Shown here: positions 56,709 to 64,000 of the stretch, piece by piece
Layout: the number at the start of each line of letters is the position of its first letter
How positions within the stretch are numbered: position 1 is the first letter of the stretch
Source: a virus
DNA length: 64,000 bases
Reading direction: 5' to 3' (one strand)
IMG/VR virus record: IMGVR_UViG_3300042691_047309
Span: 64,001 to 128,000 of that record
Notes under the pieces: model-generated
The model's input: only the letters and a program-made list of their open reading frames with translations
What the model was told of the DNA's origin: nothing
Database searches by the model: none
Translations under genes and position numbers: made by a program

Positions 56709-57881
56709 ATGAAAATAAAAAGATATAGACAATTCTTAGAATCAAACTCTAATGATATGTGGAACATTATTCCACAGTCAGTGAAAGATTTGCAACAACT
56801 TTTTAAATCAAAAGAAAAAAAATTATATGTTGTTGGAGGTGCCGTTAGAGACTTTCTAACAGGAGATACACCAAAAGACTTTGACTTAGCAACTGATGCA
56901 CTTCCAGATGAAGTATTAGAAATATTAGGAAGTAAATATAAAACTAACCTACAAGGTAAAGCATTTGGAGTGGTCGTGGTTTTCACCAATGATCAACCAG
57001 AAGGAATGGAGATTGCAACATTCCGAGAAGATGTTTCAAAAGGTAGAAACCCTGAAGTTAAATTAGGAGTTACCATTGAAGATGATGTTAAAAGAAGAGA
57101 TTTAACTTATAACGCACTTTTCTATGATTTAGATACTAAAGAGATTGTTGATTTAACTGGAGGACGTGAGCATTTAGCAAAAGGAATAACTCAAATGGTT
57201 GGTGATCCTATTGAAAGATTTGATGAAGATTCTTTAAGAATTTTGAGAGCTTTTAGATTTGCTTCAAGATATGGACACCCTTTACATAAAGATACTGAAG
57301 CGGCAATTGAAAAAAGAAAACAATTAGAAAATATAGATCCTGAAACCGGTGAAATGAAAAGAATTTCACAAGAAAGAGTTTGGGAAGAGATGAACAAGGC
57401 GTGGAAACAAGCAAAAGACTATAGAAACTATTTACAATTCTTTACTAAGTTTGATATGTGGTCTGAAGTTTTTCCAGGCTCTGAAATCAATACCGATCTG
57501 GTTGATAGTAAAGACTTTGTGGTTGTTATTGCTAACTTATTTAAGAATGAAAACACGGATGGTTTAGAAAAGAGATTGGTTCAAGACTACAGAATAGATT
57601 CTCAAATGGCATCAAAAATAGTTTTCTTAATTAGATTATTAGAATTGACACCAGATACAGCATTTGATTTACATAAGTCAAAATTACAATGTCATATTGA
57701 AGATAAAACTATTTTAGAATGGTTTAGAGTTTTGGGTGTAAATGATACTGTTAAAATTAAATTTGTAGAATACAAACCAACTACTTCTGCTCAGGAATTG
57801 ATGTTACAGGGTTTTAAAGGAAAGGCTTTAGGTGATGAGTTAAAAAGACTTGAAATTGAAAATTTCAAGAAGATTTTATAA
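56709..57881 (+). CDS. cca: CCA tRNA nucleotidyltransferase / poly(A) polymerase family, with CTS-like leader
   Basis: YVVGGAVRD; DFDLAT; EIATFR; RRDLTYNAL; EDSLRILRAFRF; ISQERV; leader MKIKRYRQFLES. Confidence 0.9.
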   Translation: MKIKRYRQFLESNSNDMWNIIPQSVKDLQQLFKSKEKKLYVVGGAVRDFLTGDTPKDFDLATDALPDEVLEILGSKYKTNLQGKAFGVVVVFTNDQPEGMEIATFREDVSKGRNPEVKLGVTIEDDVKRRDLTYNALFYDLDTKEIVDLTGGREHLAKGITQMVGDPIERFDEDSLRILRAFRFASRYGHPLHKDTEAAIEKRKQLENIDPETGEMKRISQERVWEEMNKAWKQAKDYRNYLQFFTKFDMWSEVFPGSEINTDLVDSKDFVVVIANLFKNENTDGLEKRLVQDYRIDSQMASKIVFLIRLLELTPDTAFDLHKSKLQCHIEDKTILEWFRVLGVNDTVKIKFVEYKPTTSAQELMLQGFKGKALGDELKRLEIENFKKIL

Positions 57882-57913
57882 TTTTCTCATTTTAAAAATA
57901 GATATATACTGCT

Positions 57914-58378
57914 ATGATTTACCACTTATCGTATTTAAGAGACCGTTTAGGAAATAACTATTTAGGAATTAATATTCCAGTCGATTTAATTGAACCCTAT
58001 TTAAATGAATTAAAAAATCACTTAACTACTGAAGAATACTCAACTTATGTCCAAAATCATCAAAATAGAGATTCTGGTCATTATCACATTACGGTTATAA
58101 ATGTTATGGATTATAATAAGTTAGCGGAAGAATGGGGAATGGATAAATTTATTAATTCTTTAGAACCGGTTTTTCACTATGAAATCGATGACTTAGAAAT
58201 GTTAGGAGTTGGAAAGGCCATAAAAGAACCAAACGTGGCTTATTTTATCGTCTGTAATTCGGATAAATTAGATGCTGTAAGAACTAGATTTGATTTACCA
58301 AAACAAGATTTTCATGTTACAATAGGTTTCAAAGATAAAGATGTTTTTGGTGTAAGAAAAAATGAATTACTAAATTAA
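57914..58378 (+). CDS. 2H phosphoesterase (RNA ligase / cyclic phosphodiesterase-like)
   Basis: Two HxT motifs: YHITVI and FHVTIGF. Confidence 0.85.
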   Translation: MIYHLSYLRDRLGNNYLGINIPVDLIEPYLNELKNHLTTEEYSTYVQNHQNRDSGHYHITVINVMDYNKLAEEWGMDKFINSLEPVFHYEIDDLEMLGVGKAIKEPNVAYFIVCNSDKLDAVRTRFDLPKQDFHVTIGFKDKDVFGVRKNELLN

Positions 58379-58429
58379 ACTTTTAGTCTAATTATAGATA
58401 TAGGAATCTATAATAAAAAAATAAAATAT

Positions 58430-58702
58430 ATGGAAAAAATGGAACTTTATGATTACTACAATCTTGATGAATGTGTTGATAGAAAAAAAGTAATTACTAC
58501 ATTAAAGAAGTTTAAAAAAGACGGAAAGATCGATTATTCTTTAGATGGTGAGGAACTTCATATTGAAGATATAGATTTAGATGATACTGAAATCGAGTAT
58601 TTGTCTGAACTACTTGACGAAAATGATGTTTTTCCAAATCCTGATAAGGAAGAAGGTGATGATGATTATTCAGACTTTGATGACTACGATGATGATTATT
58701 AA
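58430..58702 (+). CDS. Very acidic small protein
   Basis: D/E-rich 90-aa ORF. Confidence 0.72.
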   Translation: MEKMELYDYYNLDECVDRKKVITTLKKFKKDGKIDYSLDGEELHIEDIDLDDTEIEYLSELLDENDVFPNPDKEEGDDDYSDFDDYDDDY

Positions 58703-58703
58703 T

Positions 58704-58735
58704 AAAAAAGAGTTAGATTTTTCTAACTCTTTTTT
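58704..58735. terminator. Bidirectional intrinsic terminator
   Basis: AAAAAAGAGTTAGA-TTTT-TCTAACTCTTTTTT. Confidence 0.85.
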
Positions 58736-59568
58736 GTTTTCTTTCTTTTACGGTTCCAAAAATAAAGAAATATTGGAATAATTATAGTAGTCATTAACCA
58801 TTGCCAGTATTTCTCAAAAAAACCTTCAACTACAATCGGAAGATTTGATTTGATTTTAATATTTTTATTGAATACAATAATGTCTTTATTTAAATCTTTC
58901 AACTTAATAACTAACTTTAAAGGAGTTTCACCACTTTTTTTAGGTGTCACAATCCATTCCCATTCTGTGTAACTTTCATTATCTATGTTTTGAACAGGAG
59001 TTGAAAGTGCAACAATGTTGAAAGCTTCTGAGTCACCTCTTAAATCAGCCGACATCTCACCAGAAACTTTGATATCATCAATTGTTGCGACGCTCTCATA
59101 TTGAGGATTGTTTATAAAATCATCATTTCCTAATATCAAAACTGATTTATTTTGACCATTTGTCTTTTTAGATATTCTTACTTTTATTGAGTAGTTTTTA
59201 GATACCTTCATGCTTTCAGGTACTGAATAAGCTATCCATCCTTTTGCAGTATCAACTATATTTTCAGAGATATTTTGAATTGACCTATCCACCACTTTTA
59301 AATTTGTATTTTTTTCGTGTTTTTCAACTAGTCTTATTTGATGAATCACATCAATTTTATTGATGTCGTCTTTTTTTATTACTTTCATTTCTTCAACTAA
59401 TTCTTGTCTAATTAAAGTGTCTTTTATCGGCTCAACATTTAATTCATCTTTAATAACCGAGACAGTATCTAGTTTTAAAGACTCTAAATTCGTATCTGAT
59501 TGGGTTACTTTTTGTGTTGCACATGAGACTAACCAAAATGCACTAATAAAAATAAAAATAAATCTCAT
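58723..59568 (-). CDS. Putative lipoprotein with C-terminal TM anchor and basic tail
   Basis: Lipobox-like LVSC; W.W.VTP...G...L.L Ig-like segment; WQWLMTTIIIPIFLYFW-NRKRKK. Confidence 0.78.
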   Translation of the reverse strand: MRFIFIFISAFWLVSCATQKVTQSDTNLESLKLDTVSVIKDELNVEPIKDTLIRQELVEEMKVIKKDDINKIDVIHQIRLVEKHEKNTNLKVVDRSIQNISENIVDTAKGWIAYSVPESMKVSKNYSIKVRISKKTNGQNKSVLILGNDDFINNPQYESVATIDDIKVSGEMSADLRGDSEAFNIVALSTPVQNIDNESYTEWEWIVTPKKSGETPLKLVIKLKDLNKDIIVFNKNIKIKSNLPIVVEGFFEKYWQWLMTTIIIPIFLYFWNRKRKKTKKS

Positions 59569-59612
59569 ATGTTATATATTTAATATGAAAACTAAAATTA
59601 ATATATAGTTTT

Positions 59613-60866
59613 ATGGATATTATTAAATTTTCTCAGTTTCTAAATGAAAATGTTATGATAACAGTTCTTGACTGTGTAATTGATGAATTCGGAAATTTAT
59701 ACAATGGAACTAACAATCGATATCCGCTAATGAAAGGATATATTGAAAAAGAGAAACTTCCAAAAATTTCAGTTGGTAGAATTTTAGGTGATGATAAAAG
59801 GACTTATTTAGCTGGTATAGACAAAAACGGTGTTTTAGTAGCAGCTGAAAAAAACAAATCATTAGATGGATATCTAATAGATAATATCGGAAATAGAGTA
59901 AAAGTTCCGGCTTGGTTAAAAGGTACAAAATCAAGATATTGGAAGTTCTTTGACTTAACAAAGGATGCAAACGGAAATGATGTTCAAAGTTTTAATTATG
60001 ATTACACAAGACTTGTTCCAACTGTTGCAACTGGTTGGGTAAATACTAAAGTTGATATGGAAGTCATCAAAAAAGTTCGTAGATATTCAAGAGGTTTAGG
60101 TCAAGGTTCCGGTAGAGAAGGATTCGTTAGTAAATTGTCTGACTTGCAAAGAATATCTTCTGAAGGACTCCAAAAAAGAAAAAGATCAAGAAATACAATA
60201 CAGAAAGAAATGTCTGTAATTATGTTACTTCACTACATTAATGAAATTAAAAACTTTTTTACTCCGTCAGCATCTGGATTCCTTTTTGAATCATTCTTAG
60301 GTGGTTTAATTAAAAACTCAAAAGTGGTTGAAGATAATTCCAAAGCAGATGTAAGAGCTGACGGTGAAACTTGGCAAATAAAACTTTACGATGCTGTTTC
60401 ATCCTCTTCGATATCAGTAGCCTATATGGACGAAAGGTCAGTGCCAAAAATTCCGGTAGATCACTTTGTAATTTGTTTGAAATATGCTGATAAGATTGAT
60501 ATCGTTGTATTAAGAGGTATTGAAGACACAACAGATCCTCTTTGTTATACTAACTTCATAACCGGTGGTGGTAATTTTTCTGTAGCTAAAATCAAAAACA
60601 CACCATTCAAATATACAATAGAGCTTTTAGGTATTGAAGAAAAAATTAAATCTATTGCATCTGGACTTAAAGAATCAATAGATGATATTTATTCTGATTT
60701 AAGCACTTTTCAATATAATATAGAATCAATAATCACTGGAGTAGATGAGAAAGGAAAATTGTTAAACGAGTCTAAGTTTGACCAGACTTACAATGAATCA
60801 GTTAATATTGCACAAGGACTTGATGTCAAAATAACATCTCTTTACAAGACTATTAAACAAGAATAA
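59613..60866 (+). CDS. Putative PD-(D/E)XK nuclease-like protein with CTS-like leader
   Basis: MDIIKFSQFLNEN; SGFLFESFL...KADV...WQIKL; TTAATATATA at 59598. Confidence 0.6.
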   Translation: MDIIKFSQFLNENVMITVLDCVIDEFGNLYNGTNNRYPLMKGYIEKEKLPKISVGRILGDDKRTYLAGIDKNGVLVAAEKNKSLDGYLIDNIGNRVKVPAWLKGTKSRYWKFFDLTKDANGNDVQSFNYDYTRLVPTVATGWVNTKVDMEVIKKVRRYSRGLGQGSGREGFVSKLSDLQRISSEGLQKRKRSRNTIQKEMSVIMLLHYINEIKNFFTPSASGFLFESFLGGLIKNSKVVEDNSKADVRADGETWQIKLYDAVSSSSISVAYMDERSVPKIPVDHFVICLKYADKIDIVVLRGIEDTTDPLCYTNFITGGGNFSVAKIKNTPFKYTIELLGIEEKIKSIASGLKESIDDIYSDLSTFQYNIESIITGVDEKGKLLNESKFDQTYNESVNIAQGLDVKITSLYKTIKQE

Positions 60867-60897
60867 TTTGACTTTTATAAACATTGTATTATATTTG
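60867..60897 (+). promoter_or_regulatory. Bacteroidota-type promoter TTTG-N19-TATATTTG
   Basis: Both boxes with canonical spacing. Confidence 0.78.
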
Positions 60898-60911
60898 TAA
60901 TAAAATATATT

Positions 60912-61559
60912 ATGATAGATATAAAAGAAGTAGTTGATTACCTAAACACATTTAATAATTATCAACTTTCAAACTCAAGTGATGATGGAAGAGTTAATTC
61001 ACTCACTTCTGAAGATTTACTTGTCTCAACTATTGAAAAAAATCTAAGTCACTACTCTAACATAAAAGTAGAACCTAAAACCAGCAACCGACAGGAGCAT
61101 GATTTTGTTTTATCACTAATTGATAACTCTGGTGAATCAATTTTCACCGAAGGGCATGATATAAAGATTGTTGAACCTTCTAACTTCACAAATACTGTTA
61201 GCTTTGTGAAACTATCTAAAATGTTAAATTTAGATGGGATGTCCTATGAGACAGTTATCAAATCTTATGAAAAGAAATCTAAAGCATGTGATATTAAATT
61301 AACACAAGATTATTCAATTTTGTTTTTTAACAAATCAACGATGAAGTTTTTTCATTGCTATCTTTCTGAAATGCCTAATAATGATGTCACTACAAATCCA
61401 TCGAATTGTATTCAAACAAAACTTCCAACTGAACTAGTTACAAGAACTGAAGAAGAAAAGTTCAACTTCATACATTCATTGTGGAAAGGATATATTTATA
61501 AAAGAGTTGTAGCACCTGCTAAATTATGTGAGTCGATTGACTTTTCAGATATGTTTTAA
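60912..61559 (+). CDS. Putative type II restriction endonuclease
   Basis: DGRVNS...E; R...D...DIK; NPSN..Q; convergent and overlapping with an adenine MTase. Confidence 0.55.
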   Translation: MIDIKEVVDYLNTFNNYQLSNSSDDGRVNSLTSEDLLVSTIEKNLSHYSNIKVEPKTSNRQEHDFVLSLIDNSGESIFTEGHDIKIVEPSNFTNTVSFVKLSKMLNLDGMSYETVIKSYEKKSKACDIKLTQDYSILFFNKSTMKFFHCYLSEMPNNDVTTNPSNCIQTKLPTELVTRTEEEKFNFIHSLWKGYIYKRVVAPAKLCESIDFSDMF

Positions 61560-62698
61560 ACATCTATTGTTATATTTGATAAAGTTTTCTGAGAAAAAAC
61601 AAATCTTCCACCAACTTTAAATCCTAAACTTTTCCAGTCAGTCAAATTAAGTTTTGATAAGTAGAAGTCTATGTTATTTTCAACCTCGTCTGACTTTGGA
61701 ATAAGAGCTAATACTGAACCATCGTAGTTCTTACATTCGTGTGTAAAGAATGGATTTTGATTTCTGGTTTTAGCATTAACATAGATTCTTCTTCTATCTG
61801 ATTTATAGAAATCACGACCCCACATCCACCAATTAGTTTCGTTGAATTTTTTGATTTTACGTTTAATTATTACATCTTTCTTAGATGTGATATAATCATT
61901 GATGATATTATAGTGAAAGGTTTTAAGTTGTCCAGTCTGTGCTGTATAAGAACAAACGAATTGCTCATTACCGGTTTCTTCTGCAAAAACTTCATCCATT
62001 CCTGACACACCTCCGACTTTAACATCAAACAAGTCACCTAATCTTGTACCTGACGGAGCATCATCTAAAAATAGAATTTGACCGTTAAGTAATGTAAAGG
62101 TTTTGACACCTGAATTTGTAATTGTTTTTCTGGAAAAGTCACCTTTTTGAAATCTAAATATTACCACAGATGGAGAGTATCCTTTAAAGACGACAGAATC
62201 ACCAAATTCGTACCAATCAGTGATTGTTCCCATATCATAAATGAATTGGTTCAGACCAATAGATGAAGTAGATTTTATAAACTCTCTTGGTGTAATAAAA
62301 ATAATCTCACCGTTATCGGTTAGGTGATTGATACTTTTTTCAATAAAGTATAGGTAAAGATTTGACTTTGCGTGCGTCACGCACTTACTGTTAATCTTTG
62401 AAAGTGTTTGTTTAAGTATTTTTTTACCTTTCACATACGGAGGATTTCCAACAATTGTGTCAAACTTTTCATCAATTGAATAATCAAAAAAATCCATGCA
62501 AATTGCATTTTCAGGACAATGATTTTGGTCGAATTCAATTCCAACTATATTCTCATTACTTAAATTATTCAGGAATATTCCATCGCCACAAGAAGGTTCA
62601 AGTATTCTTGAGCCGTTTTTTATCATTTTACACATTCTTTCAACTATATCTTCTGGTGTAAAAACTTGACCTAAATCTTCAACATTGTATTCTGACAT
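61556..62698 (-). CDS. N6-adenine DNA methyltransferase (gamma class, TaqI/Eco57I-like)
   Basis: LGQVFTP; ILEPSCGDG.F; IVGNPPY; NLY.YFI; start reassigned to MSEYN. Confidence 0.92.
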   Translation of the reverse strand: MSEYNVEDLGQVFTPEDIVERMCKMIKNGSRILEPSCGDGIFLNNLSNENIVGIEFDQNHCPENAICMDFFDYSIDEKFDTIVGNPPYVKGKKILKQTLSKINSKCVTHAKSNLYLYFIEKSINHLTDNGEIIFITPREFIKSTSSIGLNQFIYDMGTITDWYEFGDSVVFKGYSPSVVIFRFQKGDFSRKTITNSGVKTFTLLNGQILFLDDAPSGTRLGDLFDVKVGGVSGMDEVFAEETGNEQFVCSYTAQTGQLKTFHYNIINDYITSKKDVIIKRKIKKFNETNWWMWGRDFYKSDRRRIYVNAKTRNQNPFFTHECKNYDGSVLALIPKSDEVENNIDFYLSKLNLTDWKSLGFKVGGRFVFSQKTLSNITIDV

Positions 62699-62774
62699 AG
62701 TTATTATATTAAAAACTATTGATAAAGTTAAGATAATTTTGATAATTGAATTATTTATTATTATATTTGTCATT

Positions 62775-63365
62775 ATGAAAATTTATTTAGTAAGACTAAA
62801 AAATACTAATGTTAGATGGTTTGATAATGATTCAGACCTTACTAACTTTTTTATTAATGCACCTGAAAGACTTGATAGTTATCAAGTCACTATACTTAAT
62901 GCTGAAGTTGATACAAAAATAACCGGTGATAAATTATTTGATGCTATTCAAGAACAGTCTAATCTTGATAGAAAATTAAATGTTGTTTTAGGTAATGAAT
63001 ATGTTGATAAAGTCGAGAAATTAATTCAATTATATGAGCAGTTTTGCAAAAGGACTCCTTGGGATAAAACCAAAATGACTACAAATGCTCAAAAAGTTTA
63101 TGAAAAATTGACTACCACCACACCGGAAGAAAAACAATTTTATAAACTTATGAGTAGTAGTTGTCAAAGATATTTACTTTACTCTGTTTCTGACTCAGTT
63201 GAGTGGTACGAAGCTATGTTGGATGTTTATCCAAAAATTAAAGGTCTTGCTGAAACTTGTGAAATTGAGTATGTTGATCCTGTTACTCGTGGAACTTCTT
63301 GGAGAGGTGGTAGAACTCCTGTAAAAATGGTTAAAAACTTCGAAAAAGCAAAAAAAATAAAATAA
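62775..63365 (+). CDS. Hypothetical protein, paralog of the next gene
   Basis: Start behind TTTG-N20-TATATTTG (62738-62769); shares KLN...G, DSVEW and F.KAK with 63365. Confidence 0.78.
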   Translation: MKIYLVRLKNTNVRWFDNDSDLTNFFINAPERLDSYQVTILNAEVDTKITGDKLFDAIQEQSNLDRKLNVVLGNEYVDKVEKLIQLYEQFCKRTPWDKTKMTTNAQKVYEKLTTTTPEEKQFYKLMSSSCQRYLLYSVSDSVEWYEAMLDVYPKIKGLAETCEIEYVDPVTRGTSWRGGRTPVKMVKNFEKAKKIK

Positions 63366-63952
63366 TGAAAAAGTTTATAGTTTATAGTGATGTTGTTAAA
63401 ATATTTAATGAAGAAAAAGACTTAGTTAAATATTTAGCCACTCAAAAGTCAAAAAGAACTTGGTCTGGTGGTAAAATCGTTTCTAAATTAGACCTTATTG
63501 AAATTGAAACTTGTGAGATTGAAGTTCTGGAAGAATCTATTGCTTCAAAATATTTAGAGTCTTATGTAGAAAAACAAAAAAGAGAAACAAAATTGAACAG
63601 TATTTTTGGAGATACTCTTTCTCAGAATTTTGAAAAGTTTAAAACTATGTTTTTAGAGTTAGCAAAAGATGATATGAACAAAAGGAAATTTCTAACTCAA
63701 CTAGAAATAACACCAGTTGAAAAGAAATCTATCTCAAAACTTATTTCAGGTTGGGTCTCTTATCTTTTCTTATTAAATGATAGTGTTGAGTGGTTTAAAA
63801 TATTGATTGCCTTACACAACTTTAGAAAAATAAATGACTCCTATGTCACAGAAGTATTTTATTCCAACGGTTCAAGTAGATATCAAAATATCAAAATAAG
63901 TGAATCGACTAAAGAGAATTTCTATAAAGCAAAATCACTAAATAATTTTTAG
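63365..63952 (+). CDS. Hypothetical protein, paralog of the previous gene
   Basis: TAATG coupling; internal RETKLNSIFG; DSVEWF; FYKAK. Confidence 0.78.
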   Translation: MKKFIVYSDVVKIFNEEKDLVKYLATQKSKRTWSGGKIVSKLDLIEIETCEIEVLEESIASKYLESYVEKQKRETKLNSIFGDTLSQNFEKFKTMFLELAKDDMNKRKFLTQLEITPVEKKSISKLISGWVSYLFLLNDSVEWFKILIALHNFRKINDSYVTEVFYSNGSSRYQNIKISESTKENFYKAKSLNNF

Positions 63953-63959
63953 AAAATAA

Positions 63960-63990
63960 TTTGTATTGTTAATTTTTTTTACTACTTTTG
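63960..63990 (+). promoter_or_regulatory. Bacteroidota-type promoter TTTG-N19-TACTTTTG for a gene beyond the window
   Basis: Both boxes with canonical spacing. Confidence 0.7.
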
Positions 63991-64000
63991 TATAAATAAA

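Noticed and set aside
2726-62661. Short antisense or alternate-frame ORFs in the track (e.g. 2726, 3857, 6265, 7625, 9785, 10515, 11301, 14281, 15039, 15779, 19540, 19786, 20255, 20286, 23597, 35946, 37131, 38224, 38316, 42239, 47748, 47969, 48256, 50365, 50552, 50639, 50868, 51996, 54851, 56702, 57191, 58581, 59360, 59710, 60310, 62455)
   Set aside because: They lie wholly or largely within better-supported genes, have shadow-like composition, and lack motifs or promoters.
1-64000. Bacterial chromosome or eukaryotic giant virus origin
   Set aside because: Housekeeping-like genes are isolated among ORFans, with T4-like RNase H and topoisomerase, an endolysin and CTS-like leaders. Bacteroidota promoters, NusG and T9SS cargo argue against an NCLDV. 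No capsid or terminase gene is in this window, so the phage call remains an inference.
1-64000. Alternative genetic code (stop-codon reassignment, seen in some large phages)
   Set aside because: Known genes are full length under code 11, and TAA, TAG and TGA all occur as apparent true stops.
1-64000. tRNA, rRNA or CRISPR arrays
   Set aside because: No cloverleaf, rRNA-like or repeat-spacer pattern was recognised by eye; intergenic gaps are mostly too short. tRNAscan-SE would be needed to be certain.

Overview
Very AT-rich, gene-dense 64 kb segment that reads as part of a jumbo/huge T4-related dsDNA phage infecting Bacteroidota. This is an inference from gene content plus about 14 TAnnTTTG host-type promoters and T9SS cargo genes. 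Recognisable genes: dnaK (5'-truncated), an amidase endolysin, a complete PrkA/YeaG-YeaH-SpoVR module, uvsE, acyl-CoA thioesterase, DOT1-like methyltransferase, dCMP deaminase, nusG, T4-like RNase H, two divergent type II topoisomerase subunits, a PlcP-like phosphoesterase plus glycosyltransferase, RlaP-like nucleotidyltransferase, rhomboid, a five-gene T9SS cargo/adhesin island, flavodoxin, DNA methyltransferases, a VWA/peptidase-like protein, HAD, CCA-adding enzyme, 2H phosphoesterase, a probable R-M pair and two free-standing endonucleases. The main hidden structure is a two-class protein addressing code. (1) About 14 unrelated proteins start with a T4 capsid-targeting-like leader (MKxxKxF/YxxFxxE) and mostly sit behind a TTAATATATA putative late promoter; they include the CCA enzyme, two nuclease-like proteins and a four-gene paralog array. 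(2) About 18 unrelated proteins end in a shared RxxK(I/L)xx(I/L)(L/F/I) tail and many lie in host-promoter operons that are often apparently leaderless. Other notable items: a split SprB-like adhesin with a shared ...PIxHD terminus, possible capsid-fragment mini-proteins, and a candidate pseudoknotted RNA. No tRNA, rRNA or CRISPR array was recognised. All family assignments come from motif recognition by eye, not database searches.
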